Below, piece after piece: positions 14,605 to 29,131 of a stretch of 64,000 nt of DNA. The stretch comes from Octopus vulgaris (lineage: Eukaryota): contig OX597824.1 in assembly GCA_951406725.2 (NCBI GenBank), positions 43,028,001 through 43,092,000 of the forward strand, read 5' to 3'. The notes beneath the pieces are model-generated. The model searched no databases and had not been told where the DNA came from. It saw nothing but the letters and a program-made list of their open reading frames with translations. Every line of letters begins with the position of its first letter. Position 1 is the first letter of the stretch. The position numbers were made by a program, and so were the translations under genes.

Positions 14605-16560
14605 TTATTCTTTTTATTGGCCACAAGGGCTGACACACATGATTAGTAAACATAAAGGGACAAAACAGGACGAAAGGTTACAAAGGGTTTTGTCCGTTTG
14701 TAAAAATCCGTGTAAAAAACTGTAACAACAAAATATTTAACAATGAAAAACTCCCAATAGGGAGAGGCGCTTCGAAAGGTTCCTGGTGGAAAAAAACCCA
14801 TAAAAGCCAACGGGAGCCCCTTTCTCCTTTTATAAAACCTTTTTTAATCACAGGCGAAACCTGAGAATTGGTCCATTTATACTGGCCATTCTTGCACAAT
14901 TCAACCACCTTTCAGAAAACTTGCTATCGGACAGCACTCTCCTCTCTAACCTCATCTTCCTTTTCAAGTGAAACTTGGAAAAGTTGATGAGGCCTTGACC
15001 AAAGTGGAAAGTGTCTGACTTTAGCCCTTTCAAACGGGTCCACCATACAACCTCTTTCGCCACAGCCACTAGGCACAGGAAAACGGCCTCGCCCTGCCTG
15101 TTAAAGGAGGTCGGCGGGGCAATCTTCACTATGGATTCGGCTGATAGCCGGATCCGTTCTATACGTGACAGTAGCTGTTCGACATAGACCCATAGTTCAG
15201 CAATACTCGAGCACTGGACGAGTGCGTGCAGAACGGTTTCGTCGTCCTGGCAACACCTCGGGCAGGCTCGGCTGACGGTACTTCCGTGCCGGTAGAGTCT
15301 ATCCCGAACAGGCAGAGCCCCTCGGTAGCACTGCCAGGCGAGTGACCACTGGAAATTATCCATTGGCCCCGGCCCGAAAGTCCTTCCGAACTGACCGCTC
15401 AGTTCGTTATCATCAACGCCTAGAGTTTCCCCGAGAACGTCGTCGCATTTTTCCTCCACTAACCCTCTATAGAACGCTAGAGTGGAACTAAAACCGATCG
15501 CATTGCCCGCCTGGCGGAGGGCGGAGAGAGCTTGACGGCACTCGAGGTGCCAAGTGCCCTTTCTCGGTCTACGTTTGATCCAGGTCTGCAGCTCTGTCAA
15601 AGAGACGAGCTGCGGAAAGTCGCGTCTGACAAAAGACGACCACATCTGTTCACCGTCTAGGAAAAGCTTGAGATGTCGCAGCCTGAGCGCATGTCTGCGC
15701 ATCAGTAACCACGGCATGCCAAGGCCTCCGTTCAGCGGTCGTTGACAGCAGATGGATCGCCTGACCAGTGGCACCTGACCCTTCCACAAAAAGTCGAAGA
15801 GCAGGCGTACCAGCTTGGCCAACCAGCGGTCGGGACAAGGGACGACGGTCAAGCGGTAATAGATGACGGATGCGATGTACGCATTCGCAACCTCCGCTCG
15901 ACCTTTCAGGGACAGCTTCCTCTCGGCCCATTTCTGGGTGAGACGTGCCACCCTGCTCGTCACTTCTTCCCAGTTTTTATCCACCTGGAGGTCCGGACCG
16001 AACCAGACCCGAGCAGTTTAACGGGTCCGTCTGTCCAGCGCCCTACGACGCTGTTGGACGGCATGGGCTTGCCTCTCCAGGTGCCCGGTTGCAAGCCCAC
16101 GGACTTTTCCGCGTTAATCTTTGCCCCTGTCACCGTTTCGTACTCGATTAGTGTCTCGCCAATCAGGTCAATGTGCCTGTGGCTCGACACCATCACGGTG
16201 ACGTCGTCGGCATCGGCAGACACGCTATTTCCGCCTCCTAGATCGCGCGGGATACCCCCTCAAAGCCTCCAACTTGCGCAGTAATGGCTCGAGAGTCAAT
16301 ATGTACAAGAGGGAGGAGAGAGGGCATCCTTGGCGGACCGAACGCGAGATATCAAACGGTTCCGAAAGGTGACCGTTCACCCGTATCACCGAGCAGATGT
16401 TGCTGTATAAAGCAGCGATCCACCCGCGAAAGACTGGACCGATGCCAGCTGCCTTGAGAACAGCTGCCAGGTACCGATGGTCGACCCTATCGAAGGCTTT
16501 ACTCTGATCTAAATTGATCAAAGCCCCACCCGCGCCAGCGTCGTTACCCACCCTCTCTAT
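14603..16560 (-). mobile_element. Tx1/L1-clade non-LTR retrotransposon, 5'-truncated, inactivated
   Basis: RT motifs LDQSKAFDRVDH, SVRQGCPLS and SADADDVT (YADD changed to DADD), then GGLGMP and the C-terminal zinc knuckle CPRC..ETVLHALVQC. Split over three frames (frameshifts near 16225 and 15984). 3' UTR is 14603-14847. (TAA)n lies on both sides. Confidence 0.92.
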
Positions 16561-16561
16561 G

Positions 16562-16668
<107 letters not shown>

Positions 16669-16669
16669 G

Positions 16670-17585
16670 AACAAGTGATGAAACTCGTAATAGAAAAAAA
16701 GGACAAGAATGAAATACAAAGAGAAGACGTGATCGAAGAGAAACCTCTGCACGGCCAATTTTTGAGTGCCGCTGAAGATGTATAATGGAGCAAAATCCCG
16801 GGCTTGGTTGGAAAAAGGTGCGATTAAAAAAAGAAGCAGAAAGTCTGATTGTTGCAGCCCAAAATCAAGCGTGATCAATTGCGAATAATACATTTGAACT
16901 TGTGAGAAAATATATATGGAATGTGTCAGAAAAATGTAGAGCCTGTGGAACTTAGAACGAGACAGTAGCACACTTTGTGGCAGAATGCTCCAAGTTGGCA
17001 CAGGAAGAATATAAAAAATGGAAGCAAGACCAGCATGTAAAAGTTTTACACTGGAAACTGTGCCTGGAATGGGGATTTAAAGTTGGAAACACAACGATCG
17101 AGTCGAAAGAGTATTAGAGTTGAAAATATTTAAGATTTTATGAGACTATCCTATTCAAACGGACAAAAAGTTAGAAAATAATAGACCATATATAACGATT
17201 ATAGACAAGGAAAAGTGAAGTTGCTTACTCATCGACCCATCATGCCAGTTGATTCCAGGATCGTAAAAAAAGAGGAAGAAAAACAAAAAAAAATAGAATC
17301 CCTTAAAATTTGAAATAGGAAGAATTTGGAGCATGCGAATAGTAAATGTGATGCCTGTAATAATTGGCGCAAAAATATAGACAGATTGGCTGAATGAGAT
17401 TGAAATAGAATGACCGGTAGAGCTCCTGCGGAAATTTTGTCTTTTAGGGACAGCAAGGGTCATCGGGAAGGTTCTAAGCACTTGAAAGACTGCTGAAAAC
17501 TTGTGGATACCTAAGGCTACAGGTAGTAACCTGTTACCCACATAAATCCTACTAGGAATAAGACCAAACTTGTGCCAAACAAAAA
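16670..17585 (+). mobile_element. R4/Dong-like (restriction-like endonuclease) non-LTR retrotransposon 3' relic
   Basis: Degraded translation KPLHGQF, AWLEKGAIK, ESLIVAAQNQA, KCRACG..ETVAHFVAECSKLAQEEYK, DYPIQTDKKLENNRP and CLLID, with stops and frameshifts. Confidence 0.82.
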
Positions 17586-18288
17586 TAACAACAACAGCAA
17601 CAATGACTCTTTCTAATTTTGGCACAATGCCAGCAGTTTTGAGTTGAAGTAGAAAGGCAATTACACTGACCACAGTATTTAACTGGTGCTTTATTTTATC
17701 GTTCCTGACGCACTTTGGCTTCGTCTAAGTGTTTAGCATGCATACTAGCCCTCTAGCTTGAAGTACCTTCATCCAATCCGAACAATTATTCAAGGCATCC
17801 GAAGGCAGTGCCCACAACCTGTAAAGGCTCATGGACATTGCTTTCCCTACTGACATAAAAGTAAATAAAAAAGGGTCCCACTTGAAAAACAATACATTTT
17901 AGTGGAACAGATTGGAGAATAGGGGGCGTGAGCTAGTCTGTTTGAAAGGAAGTCAAGTATATTGTTGGTACTTTATTTTAGTTGAATCTCTAAGGAGACG
18001 GAAGTCAACGACCAGCTCAATTCAAGGTAGTTGGTTATTTAAATTGCACTCATTAATATGGACGGGTGTAACTAAATACTATATTGCATAAGCCTTCTAG
18101 TTCGACGCTCTATCGTTTGGCAGATCAGATAGACATGAATAAGTAATAGTAATCAAATAGTGTTTTTCGCGCACAGAGAGAGGAGGAGGGGAAGAGTGGA
18201 GAGAGAGAAACTAAGAGAAATATACATGTGTACACATATATAAATGTGTGAGTATACGCACAGACATACACCACACATATATATATAC

Positions 18289-18343
<55 letters not shown>

Positions 18344-18387
18344 GAATATATAATATATATATATGTATACATATGTCAATATACATA

Positions 18388-18436
<49 letters not shown>

Positions 18437-18445
18437 CTCTATCTC

Positions 18446-18490
<45 letters not shown>

Positions 18491-19164
18491 ATATATATAT
18501 GTATATATATAATATTTATATATATATAGCGGTTGAAAACGAAAGTGATAGAGAGTATTAGACAAAAGACAAGAAAAATACATTAGTCACACAGACACAC
18601 ACGCATACTCAGACACATGCGCGCACACACACACACACACACGTGCGCGCACAAATGTTTGAGCATATGAGTACGTGCTTCAAATTTTTAAGTAATTCGT
18701 CTTAATCCCTCCCTCACTCATTTCTCTTTTCGCATCTCTCCTTCATTTTTATTTGAACACAAAGATACGCTACGCATATGTGATGGACTCTCTCTCGTCG
18801 ATTTGATTTCCAGCTGTTCCGTCAACTGGACATCCTTACACAACCAAATTAGCATGCCAGATGGTTGAACATCGCTCAGATACGTACCCTAAACGAAATT
18901 GTCTTGTAGATCGACAGCATCTCTGACTTAAGACGCACTACATCCGATGGGCTTCTGAATAGTTTCTGTCTACCCAGATTCATTCACAAAGCTTGGGTCG
19001 ACTAAAGACAGGATGGCTATTGTTAGAATGCTTTGATCACAAGTTTGCTCGTTCAGGGCTAACGTAAGGTCAAATTACAACAACAAGAACTGTAAACATA
19101 AATCAATAATATTGATCCTATGTATTTGGCAAGAGATCGCAAATTTGTTGGAAATTGCATTTCA

Positions 19165-19246
<82 letters not shown>

Positions 19247-19304
19247 CATACCTTTCTATCTCTCTCTCTCTCTGTCACTTTTCTCCCTCTCTCTACACAC
19301 AAAT

Positions 19305-19335
<31 letters not shown>

Positions 19336-19386
19336 CACACACACACAGGTACATATATTCATGTGTACGTAAGTATATACGTACGT

Positions 19387-19451
<65 letters not shown>

Positions 19452-19688
19452 CATACATACATACATACATACATACATACATACAAATCCTCACACAGTA
19501 CCAAAATTTAGCTTTCGGAAAAATTTATTACGTTGGAGTTTTACCTTGGCAGAAATACCTGGGCTAGTTTGGTAACTTCACTGCACAATGGAGCTAGCAT
19601 TAGACATACACATCCGCGCGCGCACGCGTGCACTCAAACACATACATACATTCATATATATGTTGTGCCACTATTTCCTATATGTATG

Positions 19689-19746
<58 letters not shown>

Positions 19747-19770
19747 CATACATACATACATATATATATA

Positions 19771-19831
<61 letters not shown>

Positions 19832-20299
19832 AGGAAGAGAGAGCATGCTAGTTCAGTAGGTTAGAAATGTTAGTTGTCCATTTATGCGGCCTACATAGTT
19901 AATTTTAGGTACAGTGTTATATCAAATAGGAAAGGTGTTGAATCAGTTTGGAACATTAATGCTTGTTATACGGAAGTGAGAATAATTACTATTTCTATAC
20001 GTATCAAGAATATATGACTGTATATACTCATGCGCGCGCGCGCGCGTCTGTGTATGTGTATGTACGTGATTGTACACATGCACACACATGTTTGTGTAGA
20101 TTACGAGCAAATTTTTCTTTTAAAGCAATTTTTCTTTTTCTTCTTGAAAACACGATATTTTCCTGATTTGATGCTTTTTTATTAACAAGTTTACTATTTT
20201 CCTTATTAGCCCTCTGTGTTTAAGTTGAAATGGCGATGTTATGTCCTGCAGGGTTGCTAGACCTTAATCAGTCTTAGCTTCTGTGTAAATTGGTTGCTA

Positions 20300-20680
20300 C
20301 TAAGAATAGATACTCGTACGTTTTCGTAGTAGACAGGAAGGACCATGGGAATAGTGTTGTTAGCGATGATATCGTCCACACAGGCTTTAAAATTTAACTG
20401 TCAACCTCAAGTTATTTACAACGATGATAATTGTTCTTAGTTTATTACACGGTGGGCCGTATCTCTCTGTTAATCATCGGTTCGTATTTTGCTATTAATA
20501 AAGCTTTCAGTGCTAATCTAATTTATGTAGAAATGTGTATATGATGGTTACCTTATCAACTAATGTTTTTTTCCATCTTGTTTTCCCATCTATACTTGAA
20601 ATGCCGATGATATATCCGAGCTATGAATGCAGGAACAGATATGCTAAACTAAAATATAACTTAGAAAACAATGTTATCCA
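20300..20680 (-). mobile_element. Possible degraded PLE endonuclease C-terminus
   Basis: Minus translation ALKALLIAKYEPMINREIRP resembles the GIY-YIG C-terminal EALLI....P.IN motif. It abuts (TA)n. Confidence 0.4.
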
Positions 20681-20685
20681 TAACA

Positions 20686-21012
<327 letters not shown>

Positions 21013-21014
21013 TT

Positions 21015-21400
21015 ATATTTCGCCACGCACCAATGTCAAACTCTTCATTAAGAATAATCATCAAATGAGTTATAGATTCTTGGAAAGCATCGTAGTCCAA
21101 ATATCCCAGAAATATAATTGCACCAAAGTAATCTGGCACAATCATGCCCTACCACTTGATGACAAATGTTTTCAGAGTAAAACTATCACTTGCACACTGT
21201 ACCGGAAAGAATTATATAGAACCCATTCAAAACTACAGATACAAAGCTCAGTCACTAATTGAAATCCTGATATAGAATATATACTCTCCATCCTGTCTTT
21301 TGAAACTCACAAACTGGAGTATTATTTAAGTTTTTAAAAAGTTACAAAGTAATCCATAGCACTTTCTTCAGTCACTGACAAAGCCCTTCAGCGACCCAAA
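21015..21400 (+). mobile_element. Possible degraded PLE fragment (pre-endonuclease/endonuclease region)
   Basis: [23 protein letters not shown] resembles the IAKHN..CPLQGACRAKNVI region of the intact PLE. It lies between microsatellites. Confidence 0.35.
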
Positions 21401-21969
21401 GCATCTTTTGTGGGACTCACTGTACCGATTACGTACGTATATACATACATACATACATACATACATACATACATACATACATACATACATACATACATAC
21501 ATACATACATGCATACATACATCCATCCATCCATACATACATACATACATACATACATACATACATACATACATACATACTACATACATACATACATAAC
21601 ACATACATGTGTTTTGTTAGACAATCATATATAAGTAGTATATGTCTATATATATATATATATATATATCCATTCCACCCCCACCGCCCACCCCCTCTCT
21701 CTATATATGTATACATATATATGTATATGTATATATATATGTATGTGTATATACATATGTATGTATATATTTCTACACACTCACACACACCTATATATAT
21801 ACTACATATAAACTTATATATGCACATATATCTGCATTAACTTACACACATATACACACACAGACACACACGCACACACACACACACACATTTATATAAA
21901 CTAACATACATATATGTATGTATGTAATGTATGTATGTATGCATGTATGTATGTATGTATGAATGTATG

Positions 21970-22000
<31 letters not shown>

Positions 22001-22960
22001 GCATATATAACGTAAAAAATGTTCATAACCAGACGCGAAGACTTGAATGATAAAAAAAAAAAACTAGTTTCACTGCGGATGGTTTTAAAGCATTCTGTAT
22101 AAACTAATATCAAAGAGGAGAATCAAATGTCAATTGATAACAACCCACAGGCGCAACACTTGACATGACTATTCCACACAATAATAGCATTATTTATTAA
22201 TCATATTTTAAAATGATGTTGTTTTCATTCTATAAAGAACTGTTCAAAATACGCACGAAAGTTCCACATGCTATGAATATAGGAAGAAAAAAGAACAACT
22301 AATGTAACAAACAAAGAAGCAAAAGTAAAATGAAGTGTATCATGATGTCTTTTTTTAACCCCAGGTCAATTCTGATCAAGAACATTTGTGATCAAGCAGA
22401 AGCCTTCATTTGTCGTAGAGACATCTTATCATTTATTCAAACATGGTGTAGCTAAGATTACACTGTGCAATGTGTACTGTATAGTTTGAGATGGTAGATT
22501 GTAATTTGAGGGGGATTTGGCTGTTATCTCTAAGAGGTTTAGTGATCGCGTGTAGGTTTTATCTTTGGAGTGTTGGTATATGGTGTACATCCATCTAGAT
22601 TATGATTTTCAGAAAGTTATTCTATTGAATGCGCGCACGTATCCGAAGAAAGAGTAAAAGAAACTGACACAGTTTCTCCAAATCCAATCTATTAGTGGCA
22701 CAGTGAAGATTTGTAAGACATTCCAGTAATTCTCCATCTGTAATTCTTTAGATGATTAGACGCTCACACTTGGGTGTATGCATCGACTGTTCAACCAACA
22801 CACCAACCCAACCACATATTTACGAACACCGGGAACTCTCTCAACTCAAAAAGTCTTGTAGCTTTGTTAGCAACCAGCTTCAACTCTCAAGAAAAGCTTA
22901 AATAAAACTAAAAAAAATCATACATACATACATACATGCACACAAATACGTACATAAATA

Positions 22961-23022
<62 letters not shown>

Positions 23023-23399
23023 AGGAGCGTTAAGGGGAACTGAACAGCTAAATATCTTCAGAGGAGCCCAACTTATGTAAGTGTTCCGCTCCTTTAACTG
23101 CCCCCCTACTCTCTAAGGATGCCGAGTAGTCTTCAGGCCAAGGCTCTTGGATACAGCTCTGCTGACACGGTTTGGATTCGAATTTTCACCGTCTAGTGTC
23201 GTAAATTAACTCAAAGTCATGTTGCTTTTGTGATAGATGCTGTAACCAATTGACAATATGACTCCCGTGTTTGGATTTGCAAGTCCCAGATCTAGTTGGA
23301 ACTTTTTTCAGATGCTTCTGCCATTGCCTTTAGGATTCTATTGGCTTCTTCGCACATATTTAGAGCAGTTTCATGAGATCCTAGACAGAATTTATCTCC

Positions 23400-23556
23400 A
23401 GGCGTACATGTAGCTGTGTGGTAAGAAGTTTGCGTTTCCATCAACATGGTTCTCGGTTCAGTCTCACTGTGGGGTACCTTGAGCAAGTGTCTATAGCCTC
23501 GGACCGACCAAAGCCTTGCGAGTTAATTAGGCTGACGGAAACTAAAAGAAACCTGT

Positions 23557-23626
<70 letters not shown>

Positions 23627-23825
23627 TGTGTATGTGTTGTGTGTCTGTGACTGTTTATGCCCTACCACTGCTTGACAATCGGTGTTGGTGTGTTCACATC
23701 TCTGTAACATAGTAGATCGGCAAAAGCGATCGATAGAATAAGGAACATGTTAAAAAAAAGTACTGGGATCGATTCATTCGACTAAATATTCTTCAAGGTG
23801 GTATTCCAGCATGGAAATATAAAAG
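23400..23825 (+). mobile_element. Family B SINE with expanded internal (TA)n
   Basis: GCTGTGTGGTAAGAAG head, GACCAAAGCCTTG, CTTGACAATCGGTGTTGGTGTG and CCAGCATGG. Confidence 0.82.
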
Positions 23826-24054
23826 GTAATCTCTTTTCTTTTGCACCCATTTTTACGGTGAGCACTTTGTCTTGGAACCCAACACGCTCAGGTTGATGAC
23901 TAAACAACCACACTTCTTAGTCTTGGAGATATAATACTTTCCCCTATTCTGCTTTCATATGTTATAGTGAATTCAACAAGAATCATTTGTTTTGATGAAA
24001 CTGAATGGAGTACTAAATCCGCTTTCATGCTAAACACATACATTCACACGTACT

Positions 24055-24085
<31 letters not shown>

Positions 24086-24336
24086 TACACACACACACAC
24101 ATATACAACAAAAATATGTAAATAGAGACAATCACACCTTTAATTGTAGAATTCACCTTCAAAGCTGACAATTGTTTCTGTTGTATCAGCATATTAAAAT
24201 ATTGAAAATAATTTTTCAGAAAATACATGTTAATATGTTTTCATGGCGATCCAAAATTAGGTAAATTTAAAGTGAACTATATGTGTGTGTGTATGCGTGC
24301 GCGCGCGCGCGCGCGTGTGTGTGTGTATGTGTGTGT

Positions 24337-24690
24337 GGAGGCGCAATGGCCCAGTGGTTAGAGCTTCGATTCCCAGACCGGGCGATGTGAGTGTTTATTG
24401 AGCGAAAACACCCAAATCTCCACGGGGCTCCGGGAGTGGGTGGTAGCGAACCTTGTTGTATTCTTTCACCACAACTTTCTCTCACTCTTTCTTCTTGTTT
24501 CTGTTGTACCTGTATTTCAAAGAGCCAGCCTTGTCACACACTGTAACACGCTGAATCTCCCCAAGAACTGCATTAAGGGGTACACGTGTCTCTAGAGTGG
24601 TCAGCCACTTACACGTTAATTTCACGAGCAGGCTGTTCTGTTGATCGGATCCACTGGAACCTTCGTCGTCGTACCCGACGGAGAGCCACG
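24337..24690 (+). mobile_element. tRNA-type SINE family C
   Basis: Head GGAGGCGCAATGGCCCAGTGGTTAG..TTCGATTCCC. A related inverted copy lies at about 45710-45890 and a diverged copy at about 2670-3005. Confidence 0.78.
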
Positions 24691-24691
24691 A

Positions 24692-24737
<46 letters not shown>

Positions 24738-24740
24738 ATG

Positions 24741-24777
<37 letters not shown>

Positions 24778-24833
24778 ATATATATGTGTGTGTATATGTA
24801 TATATATATATAGATAGATAGATACATAGATAC

Positions 24834-24880
<47 letters not shown>

Positions 24881-24903
24881 AATAGACAGACAGACAGACA
24901 GAC

Positions 24904-24985
<82 letters not shown>

Positions 24986-25368
24986 GTAGGTATGTATGTA
25001 TGTAAATATACAAGGTCGAATTTCCCTTTCATCCTTTCGGGTTCGATAAATTAAGTATCAGTTGCGTATTGATTTCGATCTAATCGACTGGTCCCCTTCC
25101 CTCAAAATTTCGGACCTTGTGCCTGGAGTAGAAAAGAATATTTATAGAACTTGTTCCTTTTGTACATACTGTAATTATTTTAAGTGAGAAATGAAGCGAA
25201 GCAAAAGGAATCGGAGCGTATGCTGGTATTATCACGCTAAAATAGCTTTCTACGTGTTTAAAATTCACGTGAAATAAACTGATACTAAATTTAAGATTTA
25301 AAAATAGCATAGGTGCTTAAATATAGTCGGTTGAAATGCCCGTTGAGCCAAGATTTAAATAAAAGTAC

Positions 25369-25408
<40 letters not shown>

Positions 25409-25643
25409 ACACACACACGCACATGTGTATGTATGTATGTATGTATGTATGTAAGCATGTATGTATATATATGTATGTTTGCATATATATATATATGTGC
25501 ATGTATATATATATATGTATGTGTGTGTGTGTGTACGCATATATCGTCGACCATTTGAGTCTAACAAGCCGCCTATACAGCTAAGCGCTTTATAGGTGCG
25601 AAACCAATTTTCACTACGACTGGCCATAACTTTTAACTTCCTA

Positions 25644-25688
<45 letters not shown>

Positions 25689-25896
25689 TACACACACATA
25701 TATATATATATATATATAATAATTTTATATATATAATTTTATATATAATTTTATATATATAATTTTTGAGTTTGATCTGAGTTTGATCTGAGAACATAGA
25801 CTTTTTGTGGAGAATGGCGATTTGACGTCTATATCTAGCATGTTGACTGTCCACTTTTCGTGTTCAGTCCTTAATTGGTATATATATATATATACA

Positions 25897-25932
<36 letters not shown>

Positions 25933-26364
25933 TACATACATATATACATATATATATACACACATAAGAGTGTGTGCCTGTGTCTGTGTGTAGCGTATGT
26001 ACATATTTATATATTTGTATATATGTATAATGTGTATTTTTTAAAATGTTTAAAACTACAGGAATTGTAAATCTAAGATTTGGTATCGACTGAGCATTTT
26101 TTGAGTTTACACACACATAGTGGCATAAAAATTATATTCTATTGTAATGACATAACCGATGCATTTTGATTCGTCTTCTCTCCTATTTTATTTACATTTT
26201 GGAATCGAACCTGGCATCAATTGTTTGCAAAGCAATCTTCTTAACCAAACATTTTTACTCCACTGTAGGCAATTTTCCTATAGAATGAATTCAAGTCAAT
26301 AACTCCTTACAAAACATGTATTTGTGATGGTCAAGAAACATTTTCATTCACACATACACGCACG

Positions 26365-26408
<44 letters not shown>

Positions 26409-26536
26409 TGGAAAGAGACTCGCGCGCATACAGACACATACCACACATAAACTAACATACATATATGTTTATAAGTACCAATAAAAGAAAGAACTCTATA
26501 TATTGACATAAGGTTTATAATTACAGGATAACAATT

Positions 26537-26755
26537 GATGATACCCTTCATTGTTACTCGGAGTTTCATACACGTGTGACTGGCCAGGGGTCTCTCAATA
26601 TGTTTCTTCGCGACACTAGTAGCACCAGACTAATTGGTCAAAGCATGTCACGCTGTCGAATGTTGCAGACCAGGTGGAAATTGGTGGTTCTATTGTGATG
26701 TAAAGGTGACTGTTGTCACAAAGCTTTAGTTATGACAATTTTCTGCTGACCTAAA
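26537..26755. repeat. Unclassified dispersed repeat of about 220 bp, copy 1
   Basis: Direct, high-identity match to 28912-29131 with the same endpoints. Confidence 0.9.
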
Positions 26756-26994
26756 AAATTTTCGATCACGTTACTGGCTTCGATTCATAAAAATTGGCAT
26801 ATGAGTATCCCTCAACGGATAAACAATATCTGAGATCCAATAACCCCACATAAACACACACACACACGAGTAAGTTAGGGTATATAACCCGAAGCACTTC
26901 CACAAATAATTGAAATTTGGAGAGCATTTTACTCTTGCGCTCAAATATATGAAAATCTACAAATATCCATTGAGTATTTATGACAAATATCCAT

Positions 26995-27205
26995 CCTACT
27001 ACGGGCACAAAACGTGAAATTTTAAGGGATTGGGGACGGGGTTAGTCGATTCTATCGACTCCAGTACTCAACTGTTACTTATTTTATCTATCCCGAAAGG
27101 ATGAAAGGAAAACCCGACCTCAGCTGAATTCGATCTCAGAACATACAAGACAGACGAAATGCCGCTAAGCAATTTGTCCGATGTACTAACGATTCTATCA
27201 GCTCC
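26995..27205 (-). mobile_element. Family A SINE
   Basis: Same core and head as the other copies. Confidence 0.75.
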
Positions 27206-28327
27206 TCATCTTTAAAATGACAAATATGAAAAATGTAATTAGTAAATTTTAATGCATCATACATCGTAATAAAATATCAGATGACTTACTAATTCCATTT
27301 TTATATTTGCCACACACACACGCGCGCGCATGCACACACACACATACACACATACACACACACATAAATACATACACACATACACAAACACGTAAGTACA
27401 TAAATACAAAGCAAGGTGTAAAAAGTAGTACTGAAATACCAAAAGTGGATTACGTGGTTTATTAAAGCCGAAAAAATCTTCACAAACTGTTATTCAGTTT
27501 CACGTTACCGTTCGTCGGATACGCGCGCGCACACACACACATACACACATAATGCGTATATACACATGCCGATACACATGAGTGGACAATTAAAAGAAAG
27601 TAGCACTTAGCTCATTTGAATCGAGTTACATTTAATAATAGTTGTATGCAGCTTCACTTTACTTAAAGCTATCGAAACACAAAGTAATGTGGAGTTGAGT
27701 CAAACTATTGATAAATATGTATGAATATATAGACAAGTAGATAGATGGATAGATAATACATACATAACTATAGATATAAATATATACTTCACAAACACAT
27801 GATGAATGCCTCTTCTTGTTAGATGATAGGCGTCTCACATTCAACCTGATCGCTCTGATTTACTTTCATTCCAGCATGTGCTCGGATATGACTTTTCATG
27901 CAATGCACTCATTGCCAAAGGGGTTTATATAATAGAAAACGCACCAAGAAATGAAATAATAGGGAAACATCTTTACATCAAAAATATTTCTACATCATTT
28001 CTGCCGCTCTCTCGGTCACCATAAGAGGTTCCAGAGACAGGCGCTGCAAGATGACTTACTATTTTGACTGCAACATTTTACTGTTAGAGTATCTTTCTCC
28101 ACGACATCTACCTTTGGAAAATCTATTTTGCCCATAGATCGGACCCTGACACGTACTAGCGATCCTGGTCAGAACTGATTTGGGAGTAATGGTAATTAAA
28201 GGAGTAACTTCACGCTCTCCACAACTCACGTGCTCCAGAACTAGGGCCTTATTTAATTTTAATGCAGTTTAATTTTAATGTCACACCCAGGACACAAACA
28301 CACACATAAAATACATATATATGTATG

Positions 28328-28375
<48 letters not shown>

Positions 28376-28728
28376 CATAGATATATAAATATATATGTCT
28401 GTATGAGTTAGAGGTTAAACAACCATCTAAGGGATAATAAATATTAGTATATATTACTGGATGTATACCTATGTATTTATATCCAAATGCCTATTGTTGT
28501 AGGGCAGTAGCGGAATTGAATAATAGGTACGAGTGGGGGTAAAGCAGAAATTTACCCAGAATTTCTAAGGCAAAGAAGAAAATGATAATCAGTCAACAAT
28601 CAGCCTACAAACATTCATTTGGATCTATTAATTAATTACAATCATATAAGTAAGTAAAAAAAAGTAAATAAACAAGTAAATAAAAAAAATACATAAATGA
28701 ATAAGAATGAATGAGTGAATAATACTAC

Positions 28729-28875
28729 GACCTTACAGCTGTTTCTACTTTGCGGGGTCCAACTTGCCAAGGTTTACACATCATACCAGTATTATACAGA
28801 GATTGTACAAAGGTTGAACAAAAATTGGACAGGGGTTAGACAATAATTGATCCCCAAAGCTTCTTCAGAGAGTCC
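28729..28875 (-). ncRNA. Type I hammerhead ribozyme with long stem II
   Basis: Minus strand reads GACTCT-CTGAAGA-A-GCTTTGGGG...CCCCGCAAAGT-A-GAAAC-AGCT-GTA-AGGTC. Both core boxes are intact, stem III is palindromic (ACAGCTGT), and stem I is imperfect. Confidence 0.68.
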
Positions 28876-28911
28876 ATAATGGTAAGAAAGTCCATAATGG
28901 TAAGAAAGTTA

Positions 28912-29131
28912 GATGATATCCTTCATTGTTACTAGGAGTTTCATACACGTGTAACTGGCCAGGGTCTCTTAATGTGTTTCTTCGCGACACTAGTGGTACC
29001 AAACTAATTGGTCAAAGCATGTCACACCGTCGAAAATGTTGCAGACCAAGTGGAAATTGGTGGTTCTATTGTGATGTAAAGGTGACTGTTGTCACAAAGC
29101 TTTAGTTATGACAATTTTCTGCTGACCTAAA
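28912..29131. repeat. Unclassified dispersed repeat of about 220 bp, copy 2
   Basis: Flanked by AGTTAGA at 28907-28913 and 29133-29139 (possible TSD). Confidence 0.9.

Noticed and set aside
24337-24380. tRNA-like sequences at SINE heads
   Set aside because: They have A/B-box-like motifs but no complete cloverleaf, and they continue into SINE bodies. They are not tRNA genes.
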